From: Oculatellaceae cyanobacterium bins.114
GTDB lineage: Bacteria; Cyanobacteriota; Cyanobacteriia; Elainellales; Elainellaceae
Direction: 5' to 3'
DNA length: 64,000 bases
NCBI GenBank assembly: GCA_033764315.1
Contig: JANRJA010000077.1
Coordinates: 64,001-128,000 of the forward strand
In this document: in pieces, positions 9,748-20,137 of the stretch
Layout: each line of letters opens with the position of its first letter
How positions within the stretch are numbered: position 1 is the stretch's first letter
Notes under the pieces: generated by a model
Database searches by the model: none
Told to the model about the DNA's origin: nothing
The model's input: the letters and a program-made list of their open reading frames with translations, nothing else
Program-made: the position numbers and the translations under genes

Positions 9748-10311
9748 TCACACCAAATGAGGATGCAAATTTTGAGGACTGTGCCCCCCTGAAGGATGGC
9801 CTGTCATCTGAGTGACATCAACCCCTTCATGTTTTAATAACCAGCGTTTGCGCTCTAAACCACCTGCATAACCCGTCAGAGCCGCGTTTGCCCCAATCAC
9901 TCGATGACAGGGAATCACGATCGCCACAGGATTGAGCGAATTTGCCATGCCAACGGCGCGATAGGCAGTGGCTTTGCCCAATTTGGCCGCTAACTCTCCA
10001 TAGGAGACCGTGACTCCTGGAGGAATGTCGCGCAATGCTGACCACACCTGACGCTGAAAGGCTGTCCCTCCTGGGTTAACCGCGATCGGGTCGAGTGCAG
10101 CGTAGTGACCTTGCAAATAAGCGCGTAACTGACTGCTCACTCCAGCAGGGTCAAGCGCAGGGGTTAAACGAAAGGAGCCATAGCGGGTGGTGAGCAACGT
10201 TCGCATGCGGTCTGCATAATCCGCATAATCAAGCGCACAGAGCGATTCTCCATCAGAGATGATGAAGATAGAGCCAATTTCAGAGTCGATCGTGTCAACT
10301 AAAAGTTCCAT
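9748..10311 (-). CDS. ogt: Methylated-DNA--protein-cysteine methyltransferase
   Basis: GTAFQRQVW, RAVGMAN, PCHRV active site, GYAGGLERK. Start likely 10311 or 10332, since the longer start runs into a repeat element. Confidence 0.93.
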   Translation of the reverse strand: MELLVDTIDSEIGSIFIISDGESLCALDYADYADRMRTLLTTRYGSFRLTPALDPAGVSSQLRAYLQGHYAALDPIAVNPGGTAFQRQVWSALRDIPPGVTVSYGELAAKLGKATAYRAVGMANSLNPVAIVIPCHRVIGANAALTGYAGGLERKRWLLKHEGVDVTQMTGHPSGGHSPQNLHPHLV

Positions 10312-10394
10312 ATGAACTGGAGCAAGGTTCATGGGAAGTGTACCACTTGGCTCAGAGGGTTCCTCAGGAATCTTTATTTCTGACCCTTTTTCTA

Positions 10395-10509
10395 ATACCA
10401 ATTTAAACAGTGAACCTTGAGTGAACCTTGCACTTGACCCCACCGCCTGCGGCACCTCCGGGAGGTTGGGAGGGGTTGCATTTGCACTGTTTTCAAATCA
10501 AATTGGTAT
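10395..10509. mobile_element. MITE-like element with terminal inverted repeats
   Basis: ATACCAATTT (10395-10404) / AAATTGGTAT (10500-10509), plus inner AAACAGTG / CACTGTTT and a GC-rich core. Confidence 0.6.
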
Positions 10510-10684
10510 CGCTTAGCCCAGATTCACTGTTATTAGACCGACCTACTTACCGTATTCCGTTTTCCCAAAAAAAAGCAGTTCCAGAGAACTGCTGAAGGTT
10601 GACGTTAGGAGAGTGAAATCTATGATGTCAAACCTAGTGATAGTTAGCAGACAAACACCATCCCAAAGCACGGTGATGAATGGT

Positions 10685-11245
10685 CTAGCGAACAGTAGCA
10701 GGCTCTCTGCGATTAGTTGTGCCATCTGCTTCGAGCGATTGCCCTTCAATGAAGGAACGCAGCATCCATGCCATCTCTTCGTGCGCTTCCATCAAACCTG
10801 TCAAGAAGTCAGCCGTTCCTTCATCGTGGAACTCTTCAGAACAGCGATCGATGTGCTCACGCATGTTGCGAATGATTTGTTCGTGATCATCAACTAGACT
10901 AGCTACCATGCCAGTTGCAGTCGGAATATCTTGAGCGGCTTCTTTGATCGAAGCGACTTTTAGAAAACCTTCTGCCGTTCCAATTGGATAAAACCCCAAA
11001 GTCCGAATGCGCTCAGCCACTGCATCAATGCTTTCAGTTAGAGCTTCATACTGCTCTTCCCACAATTGATGCAATGTGCGGAATTGAGGCCCAATGACAT
11101 CCCAGTGATATTTTTTAGTTTTGATCAAAAGTAGATAGGCGTCTGCTAAATCGCGATTGAGCAGCTCTGATACGCCTTGACGTTGTTCTTCAGTCAGACC
11201 AATGTTAACTTTACGCATGTTGAATGGCTTTTTGATCAACTCCAT
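10685..11245 (-). CDS. dps: Dps family DNA-protection ferritin-like protein
   Basis: KKYHWDVIGPQFRTLHQLWEEQY, DAVAERIR, DEGTADFL, WMLRS. Confidence 0.95.
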   Translation of the reverse strand: MELIKKPFNMRKVNIGLTEEQRQGVSELLNRDLADAYLLLIKTKKYHWDVIGPQFRTLHQLWEEQYEALTESIDAVAERIRTLGFYPIGTAEGFLKVASIKEAAQDIPTATGMVASLVDDHEQIIRNMREHIDRCSEEFHDEGTADFLTGLMEAHEEMAWMLRSFIEGQSLEADGTTNRREPATVR

Positions 11246-11412
11246 CTATAAGCTCACCAGATTCACGGATAAAATTCATCGGTCAAATGGAAGACGTAGA
11301 GGTTGGGTTGGTCTAATGATTTAGGCGTAGAGCCATTGAGGAATAGAGCGATCGCCCCTTTAGCTAGCGAACGATTGACCAATCACTAATTCCGCTTGCA
11401 CACAACCCACCA

Positions 11413-12348
11413 CTAAAGCTGACTAACCGCTGTAGCAACTTGCTCAGAGATAAATGGCAAAATGGATTCGCTTTGGCTGTGCTCCTTGCCTTCGGTAAAC
11501 ACCACGAGCAGATAAGGGCGTTGGTCGGGTAGCTCAATATAAGCCGCATCATGACGCACTCGACTCATTAGCCCAGCTTTTGACCAAACACGAGCAGCGA
11601 GGGGAAGTCCGGCTCCTAAGAAGCCAGTGATCTGATTTTCAGGATCAGCGGCCAAGTCAACCGGGTCGAGACTGCGTTTTAGGAGTGTCATCATGGCTTG
11701 CGATCGCTCTGGTGAGACCGCAACCCCTCCCACAATGCTGTGTAATAACCGGGCTGTGGCATTGGTGGTGAGGCTGTTGCGATTCTCCATCAACTCTCCT
11801 AAAAAAGCCCTTTCTCGCCCATAAGCACCATCACACCAGGTTTTTTGGTTGACGTTGATGCTCTCTAACTCAGACCAGGCAAGCGATTGATAATAGCGAT
11901 TAATCAAGTTGCGTTGATGTTTCCAGGTTTCAAACGGGGCAGCAGGCAACTCAGGACCGCTCGTTGTGCCCGTCAACACATCCATAACCAAACTGGTGGC
12001 ATCGTTGCTAGAGTCTACAATCATGTCACGACTGGCACGGTCGAGTTCGACAGTGGGCTGAATCATGCCCTGCTGGAGCCATTCATGCATTGCAACCAGA
12101 TAAAACAACTTGACCACACTAGCGGGATAGATCGACTCGACCCCCCGATAGGCAAACCCTCTCACGGGATATCGCCAAAACTCTTCTGCACTCAAGGCAC
12201 CACCCGTATTCACCACCACCGGGGGATCGTAAACCAGCCAGGTGAATGCAAGTTGGTTTTGAGCCAGCTTTGGAAATGCTGCCCACGTTGACTCTAAAAT
12301 GCGATCGCCCCATGTTTCGAGTTGTTCATCTCGATGAAAAAATGGCAT
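11413..12348 (-). CDS. Class A beta-lactamase-like serine hydrolase
   Basis: ASVVK (SxxK), SSNDAT (SxN), SKAG (KTG-like), RHDAA. Confidence 0.88.
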   Translation of the reverse strand: MPFFHRDEQLETWGDRILESTWAAFPKLAQNQLAFTWLVYDPPVVVNTGGALSAEEFWRYPVRGFAYRGVESIYPASVVKLFYLVAMHEWLQQGMIQPTVELDRASRDMIVDSSNDATSLVMDVLTGTTSGPELPAAPFETWKHQRNLINRYYQSLAWSELESINVNQKTWCDGAYGRERAFLGELMENRNSLTTNATARLLHSIVGGVAVSPERSQAMMTLLKRSLDPVDLAADPENQITGFLGAGLPLAARVWSKAGLMSRVRHDAAYIELPDQRPYLLVVFTEGKEHSQSESILPFISEQVATAVSQL

Positions 12349-12397
12349 GCTTGACTAGCCTTTGAACAACAACCAATGTCAATAGTAGTCAATATTT

Positions 12398-13138
12398 ATG
12401 GTGTCGCTTGCCGAATTGCATACCACTTGGTTAGAGAATCAGAGTATTGAATATGAATGTCAAATCAATTTAAACCTATATGATGCGCCTACCTTAAAGG
12501 GTTTAGCGACACAAGCCGTAGCTGGGCGTCAGTTGCGAGTGGTGGCGTTGCCGCCTACTCCCACGGCAACGGCTGCGATGGAGGCGATTCAGGTGTGCCT
12601 ATGTGAAGACCACTATTCGGGTTGGATGGCGTTAGAAGATCTGGATATGTTGATGCTGGCAGAGTCACCCTATCAAGCGATCGCCCTCACCGAGACCGAG
12701 ATTCGCGATCGCCTGCCTCAGGTGTTAACCTACGCTCAAGCAGCCATGAAGCAGCCCAATTATTATCTTTGGGGTGGCACAGTTGGCCCCAATTATGACT
12801 GTTCAGGATTGGTGCAAACGGCGTTTGCCTCTGTTGGCATTTGGCTACCCAGAGACTCTTATCAACAAGAAGCATTCGTGCAGTCCATCGCCTTGGATAC
12901 TCTGCAACCAGGTGATCTGCTCTTTTTTGGCAAACCCGAACGCTGTAATCATGTGGCGTTATATTTGGGCAATGAATTGTACATTCACAGCTCTGGAAAA
13001 GATCAGGGACGCAATGGCATTGGCATCGATCGCCTCTCAAACGAGGGGGATGCCGTGAGTCAAACTTATTTTCAGCAATTTCGGGGGGCAGGACGGGTGA
13101 TCGCCAGTTTTATTCCCAACTCAAAGGAATCTCAGTAA
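12398..13138 (+). CDS. NlpC/P60 (C40) peptidoglycan peptidase
   Basis: YLWGG...YDCSGLVQ, PGDLLFF, HVALYLG, YIHSSG. Confidence 0.93.
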   Translation: MVSLAELHTTWLENQSIEYECQINLNLYDAPTLKGLATQAVAGRQLRVVALPPTPTATAAMEAIQVCLCEDHYSGWMALEDLDMLMLAESPYQAIALTETEIRDRLPQVLTYAQAAMKQPNYYLWGGTVGPNYDCSGLVQTAFASVGIWLPRDSYQQEAFVQSIALDTLQPGDLLFFGKPERCNHVALYLGNELYIHSSGKDQGRNGIGIDRLSNEGDAVSQTYFQQFRGAGRVIASFIPNSKESQ

Positions 13139-13140
13139 GG

Positions 13141-14046
13141 ATGAAAGCCAAATCAATTCTGCGGTGGGTGATTGTTGGGGGCACGCTGTTTTTCTTGACG
13201 ACAGTGTTACGAAATCAGTGGTCCGAGGTGCAATCTATCCGAATTGATGCGGTGGGAGGGTGGTGGCTGGCGATCGCCCTAGTCATAACCTTATCGGCCC
13301 ATGTCTGGTCAGGTTGGGTTTGGAGCTTGATCTTGCAGGAGTTGGGGCAACCTGCCACTGGCTTTTGGGGCATCGTAGTCTATTTGCGAACGAATATTGC
13401 GAAATACCTGCCGGGGAATGTTTGGCATTTTTATGGACGGGTCAAAGCGTGTGAGTCGGCTGGATTTTTAACAAGTGCAGCCGTGTTGAGCGTCATTCTA
13501 GAGTCGCTGTTGATGGCAGCAGTTGCCCTCACCTTTGCGATCGCTGGTCGGCTGCAAAACTGGACTTTTCATGGGGTGATTTTAGCGGGGCTGCTGATGG
13601 CCTTTCACCCCAGGCTATTGAACCCCCTCCTGCAACTAGCACGACGGTTGAAGACGAAAGACACTGAGATTGAGTCAGAAAACCGTTTACAAATCAAACG
13701 CTATCCCGTAATTCCCCTGATAGGAGAATTTGGCTTTGTCAGCCTGCGAGCAACTGGGTTTCTATTTGTGCTTCAGGCGTTGCAACCCGTTCCCATCGAG
13801 CAAGTGCCTGCTCTACTCAGTGCCTTTAGCTTTGCCTGGTTGCTGGGTCTAGTCGTTCCAGGGGCACCGGGGGGGCTAGGGGTCTTTGAGGCAACGGCGA
13901 TCGCCCTGATTGGGCAACCTTTTTCAGATGGAGTTGTGCTGAGCGGTGTCGCTCTCTATCGTTTAATCAGCACCTCGGCTGAGGCACTTGGGGCAGGTTT
14001 TGCGTCTTTAAATCAACATCCGGCAACAGATACCCCTAAAATCTAG
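13141..14046 (+). CDS. UPF0104 / lysylphosphatidylglycerol-synthase TM-like flippase
   Basis: KYLPGNVW and PGAPGGLGVFE motifs; multiple TM helices. Confidence 0.85.
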   Translation: MKAKSILRWVIVGGTLFFLTTVLRNQWSEVQSIRIDAVGGWWLAIALVITLSAHVWSGWVWSLILQELGQPATGFWGIVVYLRTNIAKYLPGNVWHFYGRVKACESAGFLTSAAVLSVILESLLMAAVALTFAIAGRLQNWTFHGVILAGLLMAFHPRLLNPLLQLARRLKTKDTEIESENRLQIKRYPVIPLIGEFGFVSLRATGFLFVLQALQPVPIEQVPALLSAFSFAWLLGLVVPGAPGGLGVFEATAIALIGQPFSDGVVLSGVALYRLISTSAEALGAGFASLNQHPATDTPKI

Positions 14047-14105
14047 AGGTTAAACCTAATCTGCATAAGGTTAAGTTGCTGACCCGTTAGGTGCTGCCAT
14101 CGTGT

Positions 14106-15149
14106 ATGAGTCAATCTTTGCTGCCTGAAGACTACCCTTCTAATCTTTTAACCACTCTAGCTGACCCAGAGATATCAGTTGTGGTGCCCATTTATAACGA
14201 GGTTGAGAGCCTGCCTCGACTGCTAGGGGCAATTACTACAACGCTGCAACAAAACCACCTCAACTATGAAATTGTCTGTGTTGATGATGGCTCACACGAT
14301 GGCTCGGCTGATTGGCTCCGCCAGGAAGCTCTCAATCGGTCAGATTTGCGAACCGTTTTGCTGCGACGAAATTATGGTCAAACCGCTGCTATGGCAGCAG
14401 GGTTTAAGCATGCTGTGGGTCGAGTCATTGTTACCCTAGACGGAGATTTGCAAAATGACCCTGCCGATATTCCCAGACTGTTAGCCAAGCTAGATGAAGG
14501 CTATGACCTTGTTAGTGGCTGGCGCAAACAACGGCAAGACGCAGCACTGACTCGATTGTTACCTTCCAAGATTGCCAACTGGTTGATCAGCCGGGTCACT
14601 GGAGTTCAGATTCATGACTACGGTTGCTCCCTCAAGGCATATCGAGCAGAGGTTGTCACTGATTTAAATCTATATGGAGAATTACATCGATTTTTGCCAG
14701 TGCTGGCATTTATCGAAGGGGCACGCATTGTAGAAATGCCTGTGTTACATCACAGCCGCCAATTTGGTCAGAGCAAGTATGGGTTGGGGCGAACCTTTCG
14801 AGTGTTGATGGATCTCCTCACCATTTTCTTTATCAAGAAATTTCTGACCCGTCCCATGCATGTCTTTGGCTTGTTTGGGTTGCTGGCGATCGCGGCTGGT
14901 GTTGGTCTAGGGCTTTATCTCACGTTTGTCAAGATCGTGATGGGTCAAGCAATAGGCGATCGCCCCCTGCTGATTCTGACGGTGCTGCTGCTCACGACAG
15001 GCGTTCAACTCTTTAGTTTTGGGTTGTTAGCAGAACTCTCAATGCGAACCTATCACGAATCTCAGGGCCGCCCCATTTATCGAGTCCGTGAAGTCATCGG
15101 GGCAGGTCATATTCAACCCTCCCGAAATAGCGACAAAACAAAGCTGTAA
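14106..15149 (+). CDS. GT2 polyprenol-phosphate glycosyltransferase (ArnC/DPM1-like)
   Basis: VVVPIYNE, VDDGS, RRNYGQTAA, TLDGDLQNDP, GELHRFLP, two C-terminal TMs. Confidence 0.92.
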   Translation: MSQSLLPEDYPSNLLTTLADPEISVVVPIYNEVESLPRLLGAITTTLQQNHLNYEIVCVDDGSHDGSADWLRQEALNRSDLRTVLLRRNYGQTAAMAAGFKHAVGRVIVTLDGDLQNDPADIPRLLAKLDEGYDLVSGWRKQRQDAALTRLLPSKIANWLISRVTGVQIHDYGCSLKAYRAEVVTDLNLYGELHRFLPVLAFIEGARIVEMPVLHHSRQFGQSKYGLGRTFRVLMDLLTIFFIKKFLTRPMHVFGLFGLLAIAAGVGLGLYLTFVKIVMGQAIGDRPLLILTVLLLTTGVQLFSFGLLAELSMRTYHESQGRPIYRVREVIGAGHIQPSRNSDKTKL

Positions 15150-15266
15150 ACACGATAACTGTCGCGTTCTGGTAGAGAGCAAGACAACAGCAGAAAAATT
15201 GCATGGTATTATTCCCTCTAGCGATTTCTGCTGATTTAATCCTTCAAGCTTTCCCATCAAAAAAGC

Positions 15267-16928
15267 ATGTTTAAAGACATTACAAAAACACGACTGATTA
15301 ATAGTCTGTTTTTGATAGGTTTTCCTATCATTTACATCATTACTTATGTCGTTATTAGTCATCAAAAGGGGCCCTATTATTGGACTCCTAACCAGGATCC
15401 AGATTATGCCTATTTAATGGATTCATTAAATATCGTTAATAGCAGAAGTCCTGGCATTTTTCAGCATCCTGGCACAACCGCGCAAGTGCTAGGAGCATTG
15501 GTTATTATTGGCAGTTATTCGATTCAATCTCTGTTCAATTCTGGGCTTGCATCGATTAATGAAACGGTGTTGAGCAACCCAGAGCTTTACTTAGAGCTAA
15601 TCAACTACGCCATTATTGGGATCACGGCCTTTTGCTTGCTCTTATTGGGGTTTGTTTGTTATCAAGTTAGCCATAACATCTTCTTGAGTTTGATCTTGCA
15701 AACAACGCCCTTTGTCATGGCACTGTCGATCGCTGAACATGAGCCGAGTCGGGTGGCTCCCGAAGGGTTATTGTTTTGTGCCAGCCAATTATTAGCAACT
15801 CTTTTAGTAATTTATCTATTCAAACCAACTGTTGAACGATCGCCTTGGTTTGCCATTAGTTTTGGCATCGTTTTTGGGCTGGGCTTGGTGAGCAAACTGA
15901 CCTTTTTGCCCATGTTGTTATTCATCATTGTTGTTGCAGGTATCTGGCAAAAACTGTTAACGATCCTCGCTACCATCATCACCTTTTTTATTGCTACTCT
16001 GCCCATTTTTGATAAATACGCCAATATCGGAAATTGGTTTATTGCATTAGCCATTCGGGATGAACCCTATGGACGAGGTGAGGTGCAATTAATCAACATC
16101 GAAACGATCCTCAAAAATCTAGGACGTCTCTCTCAAAGAGATGCGCTTTTGATCTATTTAACGGGTCTCTTATTGTTAGGGTGTATTGGGGTATTTTTGC
16201 TCTCAAAATATGGCAAAGGTGAGTTAAAAATCAGTCTAGAAGCTATCCACACAAAGCGGTTGTTATTACTCTCTAGCCTGACAGCGATCGCCGTGATTGC
16301 GCAACTATTACTCACTGCCAAAGAATATTACCAAAGCCGTTATTTAATGCCCTCGATTGGGCTGGCAGGGTTTATTATTTTTTTACTCGTTCAGATTTAT
16401 TTACCTGTGATCTTGGCTCTGGGGCGCGACCTTTTAGATCGTCCAAGTTTAACAGAGTTTGTGTTGGCGATCGCATTGGGGTTGGCGATCGCGTTAGGAA
16501 TCTATCAAACCTATACAGCTTCTCGATTAATCGTCGATCGGAGTGCAGCTTTTCGTGCCGATACGGCTCAAATTCAAACCCTATTGAATACTCCAGAATA
16601 CAGTTCTTGCGTCTTAACCCTATCCAGACGAGCCGCAACAATTCCGTCTGCGCTGCACTTTGCCCAATTTTGGACAGGTAATCAATTTGGTGACGTTCTC
16701 ACTCAACTCTATCCCCAGGCGTTGTTTCACAACGAAGATAATAAGGTGTATGAAAACTACAGCCAGCGAGTGAAATTAGAGGATATTTCTGAACAGGGAC
16801 AGCGATGTGTTGTGTTTCAAACCAATCCTTTGAGAGGCCGTCGTGCCGAGCGATTTGGGCCTAAACAACCCATCGAAGAAATTTTTGTCGGGAAAGTACA
16901 AGCTCTATATCGGATTAAAACGAACTAG
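15267..16928 (+). CDS. Polytopic membrane protein, probable GT-C fold glycosyltransferase
   Basis: N-terminal TM then DPDYAYL acidic loop, HPGT, PE and SKLTF motifs, many TMs, soluble C-terminus. Confidence 0.65.
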   Translation: MFKDITKTRLINSLFLIGFPIIYIITYVVISHQKGPYYWTPNQDPDYAYLMDSLNIVNSRSPGIFQHPGTTAQVLGALVIIGSYSIQSLFNSGLASINETVLSNPELYLELINYAIIGITAFCLLLLGFVCYQVSHNIFLSLILQTTPFVMALSIAEHEPSRVAPEGLLFCASQLLATLLVIYLFKPTVERSPWFAISFGIVFGLGLVSKLTFLPMLLFIIVVAGIWQKLLTILATIITFFIATLPIFDKYANIGNWFIALAIRDEPYGRGEVQLINIETILKNLGRLSQRDALLIYLTGLLLLGCIGVFLLSKYGKGELKISLEAIHTKRLLLLSSLTAIAVIAQLLLTAKEYYQSRYLMPSIGLAGFIIFLLVQIYLPVILALGRDLLDRPSLTEFVLAIALGLAIALGIYQTYTASRLIVDRSAAFRADTAQIQTLLNTPEYSSCVLTLSRRAATIPSALHFAQFWTGNQFGDVLTQLYPQALFHNEDNKVYENYSQRVKLEDISEQGQRCVVFQTNPLRGRRAERFGPKQPIEEIFVGKVQALYRIKTN

Positions 16929-17713
16929 TGGCGTTTTTCTAGCTCGATTGTCATAAACATCGCTAAATATCGGTTCAACGGCGATAATACCCACTCAAGC
17001 AAGTGAACAAAGGGGTAACACCAAGACGGCAACAACTGTCTAAACGACAACCCCCCACTCAGCAAATATTTGAAGGGAGTATGCAGACGAATCGACCGTA
17101 ATCGCAAGTCTGGAAACTCTTTTTGAAAGGTTTCTATATCCCTAAAAAAAATAATCCAGGGAATTGCAATATTGGCTCCGCTGAGCGGCCCTCCTTCCTC
17201 AAACCCCCATCCTCCTTGGTCGTCAAATGGCTCTGGATGAAAATTACTAAAAATAAATTTGCCCCACAGGGTATTGGCAGGTTCAATCATCACCACCTTG
17301 CCACCCACTTTGAGACACCGTTGCATCTCTCGGAAAAACTGTCGCGAATCCTTGATGTGGTGTAGCACATCCGTCATCAGAAATGCGCTGACACTGTCAT
17401 CAGCTAAGGGAATATCTAATGCTGAAAAAACCTTATCTACTCCGTCATAGGGCAACACATCGGAGGTGATGAGGCGAGGTAACTCCGTTTTTAGGAAGCT
17501 GGCTCCGCTGCCCAACTCAATCAGTTCACCATCAGCAGGAACAGTTTTAACTCTACGAATAATATCGCGGTAGAAACTTTTGTAGGTGTTCACTAAAAAT
17601 GGTTTGCGCTTAATAATGCGTCGAATCACATAAATGCTAGCCGGATCGTCATGATCATCAATTTGAAGCTCTTTTGGTAACTTCAATCCACTCAATAAAC
17701 CTTGTTTTCCCAT
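16925..17713 (-). CDS. Class I SAM-dependent methyltransferase
   Basis: IELGSGASF, DVLHHI, LKVGG, IEP. Start at 17713 avoids overlap with the upstream gene. Confidence 0.88.
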   Translation of the reverse strand: MGKQGLLSGLKLPKELQIDDHDDPASIYVIRRIIKRKPFLVNTYKSFYRDIIRRVKTVPADGELIELGSGASFLKTELPRLITSDVLPYDGVDKVFSALDIPLADDSVSAFLMTDVLHHIKDSRQFFREMQRCLKVGGKVVMIEPANTLWGKFIFSNFHPEPFDDQGGWGFEEGGPLSGANIAIPWIIFFRDIETFQKEFPDLRLRSIRLHTPFKYLLSGGLSFRQLLPSWCYPFVHLLEWVLSPLNRYLAMFMTIELEKRH

Positions 17714-17748
17714 GACAGTCCATTCTATTGCACGTCTTGATACTGCAC

Positions 17749-18471
17749 CTATAACTTGACGGCTTCGATTAACAGTGAGCCACCAATTTGTTTGAGAAAG
17801 GTTTTGGAAATCAATGTTTCTAACTTGATCACCGTATCGATCCACTTTTCAGGAACAGAGGGATGCAGAAATTCGTAAGGTGTGACGGTGATCCGAGAAA
17901 AGCCTGCCCGTTTGAGCGATCGCCGGATTTGCCAAGCTGTAAAAGCATATTCATCTGGGCTATCCCCTAACCGTTTTTTGATGGGGGGAACTGTCTTTTG
18001 AATAAAGATCTGTGGATTTAACAAATTGGGTTCTGAGAACCGAATCACTCCACCGGGTTTAAGCTTGGTATAAAACCCTTGGAGGGCTAGATTCCAATCT
18101 AAGTGGTGCAACACAGAGCAACCAACAATGGCATCAAAACTGTTATCTGGAAACTCCAGATTGTGAGCATCCATTGCCGCAAAATGGACTGAGGGTGCTC
18201 TAGACCGTGCAATGTTAACCAGGTCTTCGCTAATGTCGATCGCCGTTAGATGAGAATAGACATCGGCTAAACCAACCGTAAAAGTGCCAGACCCCGCTCC
18301 GACTTCTAAGACCTCACCCTCAGCTTGCGCCAGTGCCTGGGCTAGATAGTTAAAGCGACGCTTCCAGCGAATTTGACCCGCAGGCGTTTTCCATCCCCAA
18401 TTATTTTCTTCGGTGGCGATAATCACCTTGCCGTGTTGACGTTCTCGCTCTAACCGTTGTTGTAGGGTCAT
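17749..18471 (-). CDS. Class I SAM-dependent methyltransferase
   Basis: VLEVGAGSG, AIDIS, MDAHNLEFPDNSFD, SVLHH, LKPGG. Confidence 0.92.
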   Translation of the reverse strand: MTLQQRLERERQHGKVIIATEENNWGWKTPAGQIRWKRRFNYLAQALAQAEGEVLEVGAGSGTFTVGLADVYSHLTAIDISEDLVNIARSRAPSVHFAAMDAHNLEFPDNSFDAIVGCSVLHHLDWNLALQGFYTKLKPGGVIRFSEPNLLNPQIFIQKTVPPIKKRLGDSPDEYAFTAWQIRRSLKRAGFSRITVTPYEFLHPSVPEKWIDTVIKLETLISKTFLKQIGGSLLIEAVKL

Positions 18472-18549
18472 AAATAAACTGAAGAGTCTAAAATTCAAGG
18501 ATGACTAGAGGGCAGGTTGATCAGGCTAAACCCCGATATTGCCCAACGA

Positions 18550-19893
18550 CTAAGAAATAAACTTAACCGACCAGAGAGCTTGCCAAACCACTCTCAACAT
18601 GATCAAACCATTTCTAATGCGTTTCGTCATCTTAGTAGTACCTTCCAATCGCTCAAAATAGCGCACAGGTAATTGAGCCATCTTGAGACCATAGCGAGAG
18701 GCACCAAAAATCAGATTGTAGTCACCCCAAACATCCGAGTGCTTCAAATTGGCTTTCATTTCTTCAAAAAGGGGCCAATCTCTACGCCAATAGACTTTTG
18801 TGCCACACAACGTATCGGTCGTGCGCTCGTCTAAAACATAGGTAAACAGAATGGAGAATCCCCAGTTGCCGACAATATTGGCAAAGCGCATGGCTCCTGC
18901 TTCACCGGGATACACCAGACGGGTGCCATGAATAAAATCAGCCCTGCGACGACGCATCGCCTCATAAAATTGAGGTAGATCTTCTGGAATAACCGTTAAA
19001 TCTGCATCCAAAATCATGCAGATATCCCCCGTCGCAAACTTCATTCCTTCGCGAACGGCTTCTCCTTTGCCTTTGCCCAACCCCTGCACTAAAACGACAT
19101 TTTTGTCGGGGAAGCGTTGCTGAAAATAGAGGATTTTTTCTTCGGTGCTGTCGGTGCTCTTATCGTTAATGAAGAGAATCTCAACCGATTGACCAAATGA
19201 GGGCATCCGACGAATCACCGCCTCAATGTTGTTCTCCTCATTTTTGCAGGGAACAAGAACCGTTGTGGAATAGTCTCTTGGGCTTCCTTCTGCACTTTTT
19301 CTGGCGATAAAAATGCTATTTAGAGACAGGTTTCGCAACACAGGAAGCCGTACCAAAAAGTTGTCGAATATCGAGCTTAGAATAGGGATTTCACGAGGGA
19401 GCATAAACCGTCTAATCTTCTTAACATGCTCCCAACCTGACATTTCCAAAAAGCAATCTAGGTCGCTATCAAAATAGAAATTACCAATTCCTCGTTGTCT
19501 AGAGAAACCAAGAGAAGCCGCCAATTCAAAGAGTGGTGCCCAAAGACAGTTGAAATTGCTATAAACCACTTTTGCATGGTCAGGAAGCTTATTTCTTAAC
19601 TGAGAAAAAAATTCAATGATGTCGTAGATATCAGTGACTGGGTCAACAATTAAAACGTAGTCTATGGTTGACAGGTCATAGTCAAGATCTTTTAATCGTT
19701 CACTAAAATCAAGAATATCTTGAGTCGTGTATAGCCAAATTTGCTGCTCTGAAGTGACATGAGAAGGAATGATAGAGCGATAGAATTTAGTCAGCCGCCG
19801 CCGCCATTGAGGAGTAATAACGCCATCTTTGATTGTGCCTTCTAGAGACGTTTTGCGGTTGAGCTTGGGGTTTTCTAAAATCGATCGCATCAT
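18550..19893 (-). CDS. GT2 glycosyltransferase with degenerate N-terminal methyltransferase-like domain
   Basis: C-half: VLVPCKNEE, INDKSTD, GKGEAV, ILDADL, DTLCGTK. N-half resembles the second half of a MTase fold. Confidence 0.85.
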   Translation of the reverse strand: MMRSILENPKLNRKTSLEGTIKDGVITPQWRRRLTKFYRSIIPSHVTSEQQIWLYTTQDILDFSERLKDLDYDLSTIDYVLIVDPVTDIYDIIEFFSQLRNKLPDHAKVVYSNFNCLWAPLFELAASLGFSRQRGIGNFYFDSDLDCFLEMSGWEHVKKIRRFMLPREIPILSSIFDNFLVRLPVLRNLSLNSIFIARKSAEGSPRDYSTTVLVPCKNEENNIEAVIRRMPSFGQSVEILFINDKSTDSTEEKILYFQQRFPDKNVVLVQGLGKGKGEAVREGMKFATGDICMILDADLTVIPEDLPQFYEAMRRRRADFIHGTRLVYPGEAGAMRFANIVGNWGFSILFTYVLDERTTDTLCGTKVYWRRDWPLFEEMKANLKHSDVWGDYNLIFGASRYGLKMAQLPVRYFERLEGTTKMTKRIRNGLIMLRVVWQALWSVKFIS

Positions 19894-20137
19894 AATTTTT
19901 TAGAATAGTGTTACGTGAACCCTTGCAATGGTATTCGTCTGTTCTCAAATCTCAATCAGTTGTCTGACAAAAATTCTAAAATAGAATGATTATGTGAAAT
20001 TATGGTTGACAAGATTGCAAGTTGTGGAATGCGATTTGCCAATAGAAAGATTTTTGTAAGGAAAAAATAAAGATACGTCAAAAAGATAATAATACATTTT
20101 CCATGAATTTTATCACTCGCCTTATTTCTGCTGGTTC

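Noticed and set aside
11413-12348. Acquired beta-lactam resistance gene
   Set aside because: Typical chromosomal cyanobacterial serine hydrolase divergent from NlpC/P60, with HIP1 sites and no mobile context.
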